Assembly: GCA_051294905.1 (NCBI GenBank)
Contig: CM119371.1
Coordinates: 11,968,001-12,032,000, forward strand
Direction: 5' to 3'
Source: Botryllus schlosseri
Lineage: Eukaryota
DNA: 64,000 nucleotides
Shown: in pieces, positions 11,639-25,320 of the stretch
How positions within the stretch are numbered: position 1 is the first letter of the stretch
Layout: each line of letters opens with the position of its first letter
The notes under the pieces: model-generated
The model's input: the letters and a program-made list of their open reading frames with translations, nothing else
Told to the model about the DNA's origin: nothing
The model's database searches: none
Position numbers and translations under genes: made by a program

Positions 11639-13790
11639 CAGGGTTGTAACCAAGTCACATGGTTCCGAGTCACGAGTCAATCTTACTTTCGTGGTTTTGA
11701 CTCGAGTCGAGTCGAGTCATTTTCAATTCATCACCGAGTCGAGTCCGAGTCCAAGTCACCGTTTTAAGGGTCAAGTCCGAGTCATAGTGTTATGACTCGA
11801 GTCCGAGTCCAAGTCACAGTATTGAAGTCATGTTCAACGTATGTTTTCAATCCTGCTTGGGTGATATCGAAGTCCCTGCTTGCCAAACATGCTTAATTTG
11901 TCCCTATCATAGTCTTGGCACATGCTTATTTAGGCAGTTTACGGACAGTTCCTGGCCTCATTTACCGATGCTACAGATAGACGAGACAGGCCGCCAATAT
12001 GATAACTTCACTAATCTTAGAACTTTAAATCAAATATCTGTCTTGTCAGTCAGATATATCACAAATACAAGCATTCAGTTTTTATTACGAGCACATCGAC
12101 GACCGCTCACAAATAGCTTATAGAGAATTAACGAATTCACGTCTACGTACTATCTGATAGAGAATCAACGAATTCACGTCTACATACTATCTGATGGGAA
12201 CCAACGAATTCACGTCTACATACTATCTGATAGAGAACCAACGAATTCACGTCTAGATACAAGCTGGTAGAGAATCAACATATAAACGTTTATGTAGAGG
12301 TACAGATTTGCTTTCACATTATCAGGTGGTTGACCAGAAAAAGGTCAACTTTCCTGCTCAGCTCCCGAAATAGTCGCCAGAGCGTTACTTTAGTGCTGAT
12401 TTACTGTTATCTTAGTCGAATTTGCCCTACATTTACCAAAAATTCTCAAAAATGAGGACAAAATCTCAAAAAGGAGGCTACTTCTTAAAATTGTTAGATT
12501 AACGAAAAGAACTTAAATTTGGCTCAATTCCAACCAGTAGAAAGCAATGCTAAGAGAAAATATTTTGAATTAATGACAAATAGAGACTTTCGAATTTTAC
12601 CGGCTACCTCATGATATTGTTAAATTGTGTAAAAACATGGTTCATAGCAAATTTGGCTCAACTCCAACTAGAAGAAGCGAAGTTATTAGAGTGGAATATT
12701 TTGGATATGAAAAAATAGTCGACTTACTACTAGTACGTAATTATATTATATGAAATCATTTCTCACTAAAAATACTCTATTTATTTTCAAATCCAAAATT
12801 TCCTCCACTCATACCATTGATTCTACTTTTTAAAATTACGCCAGATTCAGTGTTCTTTTTATGCAACGTAACAATTCTATCAAGTAGCCAAGCCACCCAG
12901 TAGAATAAAAAAGAAGTTATTTTTGATCAGCCCTATTCTACAAACATCACACAACATTAGCCATTCAATATTACTTACGTGCACAATGCACATACCTAAC
13001 AAAACGTCAAATGGACGGAGGGTATTGTGTGTTTTCACAGACAGCAGATCAAATCAATGAGTTACACTTCAAAAATACTAACGTGGAAAGGAGATCCTCA
13101 GATATGTTAAAGCGGCATGGCCTTAGAATAATCCTCATCCACTGGATACAAGTTCCACTGGTGCATTAGATGCAGGAATTGAAAAGCAATTTTGAACCAC
13201 ACTGAAGAGCATTAGATACTCATGCATTCTAGTCGCCCAAAAATGCAAAGAATCATCGCCTTCAAATCTACACATGAGCTTATCAGTCTCTTGCAAGTAG
13301 GCTACTTGACCATGTGAGTCATTTCATTGGCTCTAATTTAACTTTGCTTCGATTGTTTGCTTGTATAATAGAAAAGTCTTCAGTACTTTGATGGCGGAGG
13401 ATCTATTACCTCTTCATCACAGGATGATTTTGTACAATGCATTGCTACTATGTACCATTGTCTTTTGTTTTTACGGCGGCATATCTGATATCAGACGAGT
13501 GCAACGAAAGCAGTGGTGACAAATCGCGATGTCGACAGAATTCGTCACATGCGTTGATCTAACCATTGTGATTCGCAAATTTCTTCACCTTCAAGTCATA
13601 TAAAATAAGCCGAGTCAACGACTTGAGTCGAGTCATGCGTAATGACTCGAGTACAAGTCGAGTCAATCCAAATATTGACTCGAGTCGAGTCGAGTCATTT
13701 TCCCATTTCAAGAAAATGACTCGAGTCAAGTCGAGTCACAAAAAAAATCGTGACTCGAGTCGAGTCATGACTCGAGTCATTACAACCCTG
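11639..13790 (-). mobile_element. hAT (Ac-like) deletion derivative nested in the 11090-14675 element
   Basis: TIR CAGGGTTGTAA / TTACAACCCTG; perfect TSD CTGGAGCC; GACTCGAGTC subterminal repeats at both ends. Minus strand ~13060-13260 reads FWATRMHEY..FSIPASNAPVE..LSTLVFLKCN (hAT C-terminal dimerisation domain). Confidence 0.9.
12121..12279 (+). repeat. 37-bp minisatellite, 4 full copies plus a partial
   Basis: Unit TAGAGAATCAACGAATTCACGTCTACATACTATCTGA repeated head-to-tail with no spacers. Confidence 0.9.
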
Positions 13791-14834
13791 CTGGAGCCAA
13801 ACATAGTCACTACAGCAGTATACATTCCCGCACTGTAAAATGTGTGATGAGTCGGTGAGGTGGGGTCAGGGTAGGCAAGTGAAGCAGTGCCTCACCTGTC
13901 TACTAGATTTTGAACATTTTTACTGCCAAAATCACGCAAATTGCCTATTTATTGCTCGACATTAAAGCGTGAAAGGAGAAGTAAGGCATAGGTGAGGCAC
14001 GGCCGGGCGATGCCTTACCCGTGACAGCGCAATTGATCGTAAATATCAAAGAATTTATAATAACTGATATTAATCGAATGTAATTGTGGCACCGATTCCG
14101 ATACGACTTCCCAGTTTCAAAGGTATTCGGCGGTAACAAAACGTTGCGCCACACGCCCACATTTTAACAGCGATTTCAAAGCTACGTTATCAATCAAGAA
14201 CGTGGATAGCTATGGCGTTGTTAGTAATTTTAGTTGTTTTGTGAATGTCACTTCCATACGGCAGTTCATTTCTCGCCGTAGATCAGGAAGACAATGTGCA
14301 TTTGAAAGCTTGATTGTGATACAGGCGCCGCCGCGTCTGCTTTTCTTCTTGAACAATCGACGTATCGTGCAATTAAAGATTTCGTGGCGGGTACATCGAA
14401 TTCTGGAGTAATATTGGTCACCGACGCGATAACAACTTGAATTTGAGGATTTTAAAAAGGGGGGGTTCGAGCCCCTGACCCTAAATACGCCACTGTATTA
14501 ACCTCTCAGCGAATACTGGCGCGAGAATAATTATACTAGTTGTGCTGAAGATTTAATGACAGAAGTTGCTGCAATATTGATAAATTAGGCACAAAAATAA
14601 AAAAGTCGCAAAGAGCCATATCTTATGCCCAAAAGAGCCATATATGGCTCGCGAGCCATAGGTTCCCGACCACTGCTATTACAGTTCGATAATTGTAACA
14701 CGCTTTCAGATGCCTTATTGGTGTGGCAGGTTCGGCGCAGGAATGTGATATATATCATGATTGAATGGTAATATGTGAAAATCATTTCACCGTCAGCGTG
14801 GCATTTACTTTTTGAAGTAAATTTGCAGTACTAT

Positions 14835-15009
14835 TGGAGTCTGAGTCGGGGTTATGTGAGGATAATAGTCTGAGTCGGAGCCGGAGTCTGAGTCGGTACG
14901 TTTAAAGACTCTGGAGTCGGAGTCGGTGTTGAAGTCGCTCTATTGAAAATGTCTGGAGTTGGAGTCGGAGTTGGAGTCTGTGCTAAAATTCACAGACTCC
15001 ACAGCCCAG
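14835..15009. repeat. GGAGTC/GACTCC motif cluster ending in a TIR-like ACAGCCC end (MITE fragment; related clusters near 42500 and 49635-49802)
   Basis: Repeated GGAGTCGG/GGAGTCTG motifs followed by GACTCCACAGCCC; the 49635-49802 cluster ends similarly (CTCCACAGTCCTG). Confidence 0.6.
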
Positions 15010-15880
15010 GTTAAGACATCACTCTATTATCTTAATTCATACACAGATCTCATCACAATATCTATATCCTGTTGTTCGAAACTGTCCGTGCATATGTGCA
15101 TGAGATTGGATCGATCATGAAATGGCAGGATAAATCTCAAATTTTTTTTTAGAAGGGTCAGATTTCGCGACATCTACTCACCTCTCATGAAATTCGTAGT
15201 CGAGTCGCTGCCAGGCATCTGTTTCACGATACACTGGAATGAGAAATAATTCATGAAGCAAAAAATAGTCGTTAGTAAAAGATGTATGCTTATGTATGTG
15301 ATCAGTTGCTGAAAATATTGCGTAATATCTGAAACAGTCATCGGGCTCGAAGCGAGTTGAAAGAAGCAAAAATATGAAGGAATTGTGTCTTACGACACAC
15401 GGCGGTTTAGTTACGGTAAGTAGGCGTACGGAACCTGCGCTTATCCAATATTCTAAAATCCAAATCCTGTTCTGTATTATAGATTCAAATTCAAGTCCTA
15501 ATCGGAATCCAGATTTGATTCTGTATCACGTCCCTATCCACGCCAAATCCGGGAATGTCTGAAAGTTAATCTGAAAATCGCATGAAAACGGAAAATGACG
15601 ACAATAGTTAAGTTCAAGTCCGTATCCCGATCCACATTCGGATGAATCATAAATCCATGTCCGATCCAAATCTTTTTTCTCCAAAACCGAATGCTAATCC
15701 ATGATTACCGTGTCTAAACCGCCATCGTTCGTAAGACATAGTGTCTTAATAATATGGAATAAAATAATCTAAAATTCCTTATCTGCCACGATCACGTCGA
15801 GAAAGTGCAACTGTGGATAAATGCGTGACATAAATTTCGCAAAGTTTTTAGAAGCGATGAAACGTGACCTCAATATCATA

Positions 15881-17292
15881 CACTAGTCAACACATATTTT
15901 TAGGCAGACAAAGTAAGAGTGGTTTGGGGGGGGGGGTTCTGAAGGGCACTGATTCCGAATATACCCCTAGTTTTTTCAAATTGGCTTTATTTTTGGAGAT
16001 AATCCATGGGGCTATTTTGACTAAAATCTCATATTTTCGCTCTATGGGCTCGATAAAAAAAAATCGGCTCACCCATATAATAGAGTTCTGAAATTAAATC
16101 GACTTGTTATTTTGACACGCTGAAGAGTGTTTTAAATCGAAATATATCAACATAATTATATTTCGGGGTATCTGATTTATCATAATTGAAGATTTCCACG
16201 TATATCATGTACATAAATAAACTTCAATCATGTACATAAGTATTTACTTAAATAATCAAGTAACTTTGCATTAATTGAATCAGTTCTATGTCAACCACCT
16301 ATTTTGAATTTGGAATAATCAGTTGAAATATATTATTAATAACATTTTTAGTGCAGTTTTTCGAAAGGTTCCAGCAATAGTCTTCCATAATATATGTTCG
16401 TCGCATTAGCACTGATATCTTTCTTTTGTTGTTATGATGTGTTAGACGTGTTAGTGGAACCTTTTCCCTTTCTATTCCCTCTAATCAACAATATTATCAG
16501 AAAATATACCAAGATGACTGAACAGGAAGTGAGATTTAATGCTCATGTTTGCTCCATGGTTTCCATATGCAGATATAAATTCTTGGACCAACTGTTTGTA
16601 GTTGGGTGCTTTGTGATCTTCCAAAAAGTTTTATTTACTACATCCTAGAAGGGATTCCATGCCGTGAGCTCCTTTCTTAATAAGAAATTTTAATCATTAT
16701 TCCGTATTCGAATCTTAGATCCTTCAAAGATAACAGATTTAAGCTTCTCGTTTGATATGGATACTAGGTATACCCACTTTGTTGGCTTTACGGAAAATTA
16801 TCCATTTACAAGTGAAAAGAGATGAGACGCATGTAAGTATTTTAGTTAGGCTTTCCAGGGACAATCTTGATAGCTCTATACTCCTCTTTCATCTTGGTAG
16901 AATGACCAATTGGTACAGGAGAAAATATGTTTCCATTGTGCAGAAGTACAATTTTTAGGCTTGTTAACAGCTTTTTCACCAAACAAAGTTCTTGCGTCAG
17001 GTCATGTTGTTAATATTGATGGAATAACTGAGAACGACATGCGTGATCATCATAGTCAATTATCTACTTATGCTCAGTATAAAAGTAGAAAAATCTAAGA
17101 TTTAATTCCTACCAGGTGAAATATTCAAGGGTAAATACATTGATTTTAAGCTTTTATAGGGGTATAAATATTTTCTTTTCTAGAGCCAATCCGGCAAAAC
17201 TAATGTGATATTCGTAATCTGCAACTTTGAAATCTCCAGAAACGACTCCTAGATGTTCTGCCAAATGTTTTATTCCATTTAGTTGACCAGTG
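15881..17292 (-). mobile_element. Chapaev3-like (CMC) DNA transposon relic
   Basis: TIR CACTAGTCAAC / GTTGACCAGTG flanked by 3-bp ATA on both sides. Minus strand reads GANMSIKSHFLFSHL..GERFH..RYQ, with ELTAWN upstream, matching the HSHL..GERFHQ..RYQG signature I associate with Chapaev3 transposases; many stops. Confidence 0.72.
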
Positions 17293-18816
17293 ATATAGAT
17301 ATATAGAGTGGAGTGTTACAGCTCGTGGTCTGTTACGCTCTAGGTTCTGTTCGATGAGGATTGCTGTTGCCAAATTTTGTCACACTCACAGCTTTTATTT
17401 CATAAAAAGTCACCTTTAAAGCGAAGTGCCGTTTTGATGTGTTATGGTAACTGATTGGGGAGTAAAATGAGATATTAAATACAATATGATGCACTCGAAG
17501 TTAAAATGCATATTTCGTATATCTAATACAATTAGTCACGAGACAGAAATTAGAATAACTTCAATACTTTGGAAAATCATTCTTAAATTATTCAGATAAG
17601 AACTTTAGTATTGACAAATCGGTTTTAATCAACTAAATTGACATTCGATTAATATTTGTACCGTTTCAACGTTCTGCAGTATACTTTAAGAGAGCGAATA
17701 TTGAATTGATCGGTTCGTACAAAACGATGACGAATGTTGCCGATTATAATTCAAGTATTTTTGAAGAATACACATAGCGCATCAATGTCAATTACTGTAA
17801 TACACAATCTCCTGACGTCACTAACCGATCATAAGGTTATACGTATCACTTCCAATAAAATAAGTAGGATGCTGTATGACAGGAAACCACTGTTGATTCA
17901 GAGAGGTGGTCAGTAACTAACTAACTACTTCTAATAATTTTTTTCGCATAGGCATTTTCTCGCATATAGAGAGTGGATCACAAGCTTCTTCGACTCATCG
18001 CTCCCTTATCAAGCTCGATATATCTTTGCCACATCTCTCAAAGGTATAGGTATTGTCAGCAGCGAAGAACTTCTGCTTTTATGTAGTAATGAAGTTAATT
18101 ATTATTAGCTACTCGTTTCGCTTACTCAAGTAGTTTTGTTTGCATAATACTTCTACTTCAACAGTTTTTAATGCTGAAATATACTGATTCCTGCATACCT
18201 AATATTTTCAAGATAAAGTAGTTTTGCTCCGAAATTGATCGAATTCACAAAAGAGTTTAAAATCAGAAACTGTGAGAAATCATGCCGATATTTTGTACAA
18301 TAACTAGTAGTATTAAGTATAGGATATCGAATCTAACTAAAATTCACATATGTCGTGCGTTAACAGGTAGCGATTGCCACAACTATTCTAGTTTGGTTAG
18401 GAACGCGTTAGTCATGTTATGTGACATGACCATTTAAAGCAAAATGATCGCGTTTTACAAAAATTTTATCGATATGATGAATATGTGATGTTTCTGTCAT
18501 TCAATATAAGTTCAATATTCGATTTCGATGCCAATGATGTCTTTCTCAAAAACCAGATACAAATTCCATTCAAACCACATGTGACCGACGGAATCTAAAA
18601 TAACTCTGACATACTCAGCGACATACACAAACCAAGTAATAGGATAGAAGATTGTGTGTTCTCAACTTGATGTATCATGCCGAACTTGATTTTGGTTCGT
18701 TTCCGCAGTTTATGTGAAAGTAAACTAAGGAATTATCTAATAAGATGACAACAACCGGTCTTTATTACGTTATTTGTTATTTCGCGAAGATATGATGTAA
18801 CGAAACAATGACTTAC

Positions 18817-19704
18817 ATCCTAGAACTTCCAACTCAGTCTCGAGATCATTAGCAATTATCTGGGCTTTCTTCAATTCGTCTCCTCTCAACATATCATTTT
18901 GAACCAGGTATATCAATGATACTTTCTTCAGATTGGAGTTGTTGACCAGAGACGAAATCTCATCGAGTGAAGCACGACATCCACCGAAGAATATGCATCT
19001 GATATAATCGATCTGCGTTGGGAGATTACTATTAATACTATTTGTATTATAATGATGCTTACAACTATTGTTAGCGATTTCGCCATGGGATGTGATTTGT
19101 TACAAGGTACTTCAGATAACCTTGAATCGAAAACTGGGCAAATTCGATGGATATCTCGGGCATTGAAAATGTGTTAATTCAAGTGAAGGGGACTGAACAG
19201 TAAAATTAAATGATAGAGCTGCGATGATGGGAGAATAACGATCGAAACATGCAAATAAGACCGGATGATAAAAATTACCTTTTTTTCGTGACATGTGTGA
19301 ATGATCTTTCTCGAGTCATTTTCTCGCCCAACAAAGAACATCACATGGACATTGCGAAAAATGGCAATTGCTCTACCGTGTTTCAAAATTCTGTTGTATT
19401 CGACGGCGGATATCTGGCCATTCACAGCAATATCCAGCACTTCCACCTCAAACGAGAAAGACAGACGTGGATCAGTTTTTATATCAGATACGACGATTCG
19501 CCGATAAATTATTTCCCGGACATTAATCGTCATTAGCCGCCGATAATCGACTTCGATTCCCAATGAAATGATAGAAAAGTATGAATTAATTTATGAACAT
19601 TTCTAAAATCGAATGAAGAATCTTACCTGATAGTTTTCCGAAGATGTTTCAATCAACGACCAATCAATATTATCTTCTGTGCAATCAAGCAATATCTTGC
19701 TTAT
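18817..19704 (-). CDS. Cluster of short LRR-like exons (19627-19704, ~19279-19563, 19121-19192, 18817-19012), probably the distal part of the NLR locus
   Basis: gttcag|ISKILLDCTEDNIDWSLIETSSENYQ|gtaaga (78 nt, phase 0/0); gttcag|SPSLELTHFQCPRYPSNLPSFRFK|gttatc (72 nt); aacgcag|IDYIRCIFFGGCRASLDEISSLVNNSNLKKVSLIYLV..LEVLG|gtaagt (196 nt). The 19279-19563 frame is open with donor AAG|gtaatt but lacks a canonical AG acceptor. Confidence 0.5.
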
Positions 19705-19902
19705 CTGAACACAATATTGTTTTCATGGGTAGATATAGCGGTAATAATTCATCATATATTTACAGAACAATAGCGATTCTTAAGAATTTTCAATTCTACA
19801 TAATGCACACACTACGTTGATTTTAGTCACATTCCTTAGTATTACTTCTCGTTAACATCTACCTATGAATATGCTATGTATTGTACACACGTATTATATA
19901 GT

Positions 19903-20660
19903 CAGAGCTGGGCAAAGTAGCCTTCGTCGGCACTCAGCAGAATTAAAAGTACTCCGTCAATATCTACTCAAGTAGATGTAGAAGTAGCGAAATATAAGTA
20001 AGTAAAAATCAAGTCTTCTAGGCCTAGTTTTGCCTAAAAAAATGAATGCTCTCAGATAGAAGTGGAAGCAGTCTAAAATCTAAACCACTTGAGTAAGTAG
20101 TGCGAGTAGGAAAAATATAATTGAAGTACTAACACAAGTAGAAGTATTTCGTCATTAACCACCTTTGAAAATAGATCGTAAGTAACGCTGGCTATGTAAC
20201 GATGTCACTTATGTTGACGCCAGGGATAAGTCTTACCCGGACAGTGAGAAATATTGGAAACTGCCTGAAAACTGGGCATGATGAATCATATTTTAAATTT
20301 CACCTACTGGCTTTCCCAAACCCCGATATGGAGCTGGCATTGTTGATTTTCACGTCTGATTACGACAATGCTTTAGCGTACACTACGAGATGCTCAGTAA
20401 AGATCTACTTCTACTTGTTAAAAGTACTTATTTATTATGATAATTTCACTCATAAAGTTGATGAAAAATTATATACGATTCAGTTTCTACCATAGGTGGT
20501 CAAAGTAGTCAAGAAAGCTACTCAAGTAGAAGTAGAAGTAGCGACGCAAAAATCTACTCAAGTACAAGTAGAAGTACTTCTTACATAAGTAGCCTAAAAC
20601 TACTTGAAGTAGAAGTAGAATTTGCTGACTTCAAGTCTACTCAAGTAAGTGAGTAGTTTG
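19903..20660. repeat. AAGTAG/TACTT-rich MITE remnants (family also at 26501-26829, 33770-33845, 35070-35150, 63984-64000)
   Basis: Repeated CTACTCAAGTAGAAGTAG motifs; the terminus CATAGGTGGTCAAAGTA at 20491 recurs at 63984. Confidence 0.6.
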
Positions 20661-23083
20661 AAAACGGTCATAATAAGTTTGCATGGACTTTCAAAAACTG
20701 CAAATTGAGCTTTGCGGAAATTGCAGAGAGCTTCATGCACAATGCATATTGATGCGTCTCAGAAGGTTTAAATTTCCGATAACATGAACATTCGACTGCA
20801 TCATGAGATGCAAATGATAGTTTTGCTATGGAAATGAGATACTAATCTTGTTTACTCGAACATCCCGTTTTAGAAAATGTCATGGCATGTTCCCCCACGC
20901 AAATTACGGCCTTCAGTTCAGTCGAAGAGCAATACGGAGAAGTTGTATGGATACGATGTTAGCACTTTGCGCGATTCGTATACGATGATAAAAAATATGC
21001 CGTAACGTAAACACGCCATTGGGCTCGAAAGTCACGCGCTGGGGCCAAACAACTATCTTAGATGGCCGCTCCCTATGTTAATTTGCGATTTTGGTCTGTT
21101 TCCAAATCGTATTTTCTGTCTCAGTGAGGTTGTTTGAAGTAGGCTACTGTTCTGGGTTTTATGTTATCTTCGATGACTTATTAGCTAGTTTCAGGACTTT
21201 TAGATACTAACTAGGTAGGTTGATGTTGTTTTACAGCCGCGCAACATACCAGGGTATAACGTGCCAATTTGTTTTAATGGATGAGAAAACAATTCGAGTA
21301 GTCTTTCCATCGACTTCTGAATTGCCAGAAGACGACAGGAAAGTGACTGAAATTAATAAAGCTAGTGGGAATGATAAATATAATTAACATTTGTACTATG
21401 TTGACTTGTTTGTTTGGTGGTATCAAATGTCATACCGGTATCTTGTGTGCCCCAAGACAGCGTAATCGAGTCAGCTTCAATGGCAAATGATTTAAGATAA
21501 GCCACAATTATTAGATTTTTATTAAAGTGTTTATATAGTGAAAGTGGCCTAAGAATAGATGCATCAACTGCAGGCATCGGTTAGCTATTAAGATATCTGT
21601 GCCATTTATCGAAAAAGATAATCAATAATTTCGGTCAGCCAAATATAAGGTTAACCATGCCAATCAGAAGGAAGTTATTGATTGTTTCAAGGATAGTGCT
21701 GAGAATACTGCTATTGCCGGACAAGGACAAGAGTACCGTACTTTCGACTTGGTTTTTGTGATGATGCAGCGATTTACAATTTGGTATCATTCTGGCTGGA
21801 ATGTATATATTCTTTTAATGGGATACCAGGTCTTGCTGTTACTCATGACACTAATTCGTATAATTTAGTACTGGCACTGTTGCCAATGTTTTTTCTAAAT
21901 TTTGTTCAAGTTTCTATACATCAGCGTTGTTCAAAAATAATTTTTTTCCAAATTTCACTGGCTTCTGAACAAAATTGTTAGGTTGGCTTGAAAAAAGGTT
22001 GCACACTAGATTTGGCTCAATTCCAACATGCAGAAGTGAAGCTATCAGATTTTTTTTCAAATGAATTTATTGAAAAAATAAAATTGTTTTATTAAATTTT
22101 ACTGGCTATGCCATGAAATTGTTGCGTTTTCAAAAAAATGTATAGCAAATTTGGCTGGTTGAGCCAAATTTAAAATTTTCTACCTTCAGTAGCTTTTGCA
22201 TTGCTCTGTACAAAATTTACACAAATTTCTTGAACAAAAATCAGAGGATAGTAATTCATAACCATTTTATTCTCTTTATAGATACTTTTGGAAGTTTAAC
22301 AAATCAATGCAAACATTGATGCTAGCCTCACTAATCTGTACCTGATTGCTGTGCTAGTAAAGTTCCACTGTGCGCAATACGTAAACCATATTCGGGGCAT
22401 CTCTGATCCCGGCATCTTGTATGATGCAATTGGTAACTCTGCCACAAACTGCTCTCCAGAAGACACCATCTCCTGTATTGCAAGAACGAGAAGCACACGC
22501 ACGCTATTTACCCCTTGAACCGTGAGAAAATGCAGCTCAACTGTCTATGGAATGACGTCACCGTAGGGGGGTGGAGCGATCACTTCAAGACGCTACCGAC
22601 CTTAAAAGTCGGGACCACATATACTTCCTGAACTTGGTAGAAATCCACCCAAAACGCTGTGAAGGTACTGACATTGTTGTCGACATACGGCACATCAACG
22701 CCACCAGTAGGTCATTTGTGTGAGACCAGCCTCGTAACCATACGGACCCAACAACACTTGTATCCCTTACCATCCATCCCAGTGCCAGGGTCAGTGCACC
22801 CTAATTTACACAGACGCCGTTCAGGATCTTGGCTTGTCAATGGAAGATACTGACGTTGACGCGATGCAGCAACACAATAGATTGCCATGGAGTACTCACA
22901 TTTACACTGCCTGCTGTTATTCTCGTTTACGTCAATTTCGATATACCTGCTGCTGCTACCACCAACACAGTCCTCCTAATTGTATTACTCATGCCTGCCC
23001 ATTTTCAAGCCAACTCTGTGTGTTTAAGTGAGTCGTCAGATTAAGACTACCTCCACAGTAGCAGTGTATTGTATAGCTTGAGG

Positions 23084-24229
23084 TGGGGTTACCATATTTC
23101 AGCAACCCAAATTCGGGACACTCTTTAGCGCCCACTAGCGGATTTCAAATTAGATTATGACGTCACACTAACAACGCTTTGCTCATAGACCCGAGGTTGT
23201 CACGGTCCGGTTCAGGAGTATGTGGCTGTGTGTTGTGTAACCGGGACCGAAAGCACATGTTTTAGCCCCCTCCCGCCCAAATAAACAATGATTTTGAACC
23301 CACACTATGGGGTAATCGATACAACTTCTGGGCGACTCCGCCTCCAATTTGAAAATGTTCCGTAGCCCAGATCAGAATTTTACAATATTAAGCTGCCGAA
23401 GGCAGCATAGCGAGAAAACTTATAGCTACGCCCGTAAGGGCGTAGTACAGAGTTTCCGCAATGGATCCACCACAGTTCTTGTTCAGATTTAAGACATGAT
23501 ATATTATATACATTTAAGATATATATATATTGGTAGGAACTTAGTGAACAAGACATTCTGGTGTTTTAGCCAAAGGATCTTCATCCGTAAGCTGTCATAG
23601 GCGGGCTTGACCCTACCGACAAGAATTCAAAGCATGGGTGTTTTGGGTAGATATTATGTAACATAAAATCTGGGAGTATATAGGATAAAGAGTTCTTATG
23701 GGAAGATAAAGTATAAATAAATGTTAAGTGATAATAAGGAAATAAGATTAACAAAATAATTCATAGTATAAGCAGAGGGTAATATAGTAGCATGAATATG
23801 ACTCAGTCCAAAGCAACTCTACCATAGCATCTCACGTCGTCAGGGGTGGTAAAGATATAGGTAGGGCGTATTAGCCTCTCCTTTTCTGTAGCAAATACCG
23901 GTAATGCTTACGGCAGAGGGATTATAACAATTTTGAGTGAGTTTAAATAAATGAACTTGTATGGGGGGTGAATTTCTACGAAAATGGTTGATTTCAAATC
24001 GTATTTTAACATACTTCTAATTCGAAATCAGACAAAAGCAATACATTTTTGAAAAGAACTAGTTTCATACTCTAGGATTCTGCAATAAAAAAAATTTGGA
24101 AAATGTTGTTAGTTCAGCAGTACCTTACGGCCTTAAAAAGCGGGACGTTTGGCTGACTGGTCGGGACGCCGGGACAAGACGTTAAAAAGCGGGACTATCC
24201 CGCCTAAAACGGGACGTATGGTAAGCCTA
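23084..24229. mobile_element. Non-autonomous hAT (Blackjack-like) element related to 7000-8113
   Basis: TIR TGGGGTTACCATA / TATGGTAAGCCTA; TSD GCTTGAGG / GCTTAAGT; shares GGACACTCTTTAGCGCCCACTAGCGGA with the 7000 element; CGGGAC repeats. Confidence 0.8.
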
Positions 24230-24859
24230 GCTTAAGTCAAAACTGCATCCGTTTATGGCAAGTTGGCAACATTAATCAGGAATACCTAATCTGTGACCAA
24301 TACCTTCATTCTATTTGTTTCATTCTCGGTACAAAGGAAATACATTCTCAAGTTGTGAATTTGTCAAATTTATTGGCCAGTTATTGCACTCTTAGAGCAC
24401 TCTTAGAATTTTGTAAAATCAAGCGAGAGTATGCAAGATTAAGAAAGTATTGTTGTGGAAATATTATTATATCAGAATTAGGTAGTTCTTCTATTCAGAA
24501 TCTTAGGGTATCATCGGGTCCAAAACGAATAAATGGCATAAGTTTTGAGTATGCAATGCACAAGCTGCCCTGCACTTGTCCAAGTACTTGTGATGCTGGG
24601 CAAGTACTATAGTATCACCGACTCATTTCAAAATGAAGACTTTCTTCTAAACGCTCAAGTCTATTAATGATCTTGATTTGGTAGAATAGGGATACTTGAT
24701 ATCTATCAATACACACATCACAAAAGTGCCGCAAACATGGCCTAAAAGTACTTTAAAAAATATAACACTCTAGCAAGTATGCAATATTACATAGTACTCT
24801 GAAAAGGTGGAAATACTATCTTCTTTACTTTCATTCAGTGTGCATGCCTCCTCTTTACA

Positions 24860-25320
24860 TCGCCTGGGCCAAGATGGGTGTCTGATTCCATAGACTACTC
24901 CAAGTCGCTTCGACATCTTCCTGTCTTTTCATTGTATCGGATTTTGTGGTGTATTGAACTGATAAAATTGCTAATAAACCAATAATGATGATGGTGATGA
25001 TGATCGTCTGTTTGCACCACAACATGAATGCTTTAAAATTCAAAGGTCTCTTTGCTTTCTGATAACCTTTTTCTGATGAGTTCCTGTCACCCATTAGCTC
25101 ACCATCTTTCTTCTCTTGCTTGCTTCCATACGTCCTCGTCAGTGGTGCTGATTTTCGAGCCTCATCGGCTTTACTTTGCCATCTGGGCTTGATTACATAA
25201 CGCTGCTCATGTAGTTAGGCAAGCAGTGGGGAGTCCAGATAAGCCTCCGACCCACTTGCGTCAAGTGGGATTCGAACTCGATTCCAACGCTTCCCCAATT
25301 TTTCAGGTAATTTTGCAGTT
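24860..25320 (-). pseudogene. Decayed HMG-box-like coding relic
   Basis: KAKRPLNFKAFMLWCKQ (cf. HMG-box KRPMNAFMxW) followed, after a low-complexity stretch and a frameshift, by QNP....KMSKRLG (cf. NP....EISKRLG) and then LWNQ. Confidence 0.45.

Larger units (their letters stand above)
11090..14675. mobile_element. hAT (Charlie/Buster-type) non-autonomous element nested in the LINE
   Basis: TIR CAGTGGTCGGGAACC / GGTTCCCGACCACTG; TSD CTATAACA / CTATTACA; subterminal AAAGAGCCATA repeats. Confidence 0.88.
9849..14742 (-). mobile_element. 5'-truncated RNase H-containing LINE (I/Nimb-like), decayed, carrying nested DNA elements
   Basis: RNase H motifs KIYNGGSK..GAAFV..SVFSSELVSI..ILSDSQSAL and MWIRDHMGVGQNETADELAR (10263-10933). 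Flanked by the direct repeat ATGTGATATATATCATGATTGAATGGT at 9822-9848 and 14743-14769. Confidence 0.8.

Noticed and set aside
12121..12279. CRISPR array (37-bp repeats)
   Set aside because: Repeats are contiguous with no unique spacers, there are no cas genes, and the context is eukaryotic.
24855..25094. Membrane protein ORF (IIITIIIIGLLAIL)
   Set aside because: The hydrophobic run derives from an (ATC)n-like low-complexity stretch interrupting the HMG-box-like relic.
25143..25160. ARKSAP histone H3 K27-like mimic peptide on the minus strand
   Set aside because: A six-residue match in a decayed frame can arise by chance; there is no other histone similarity.
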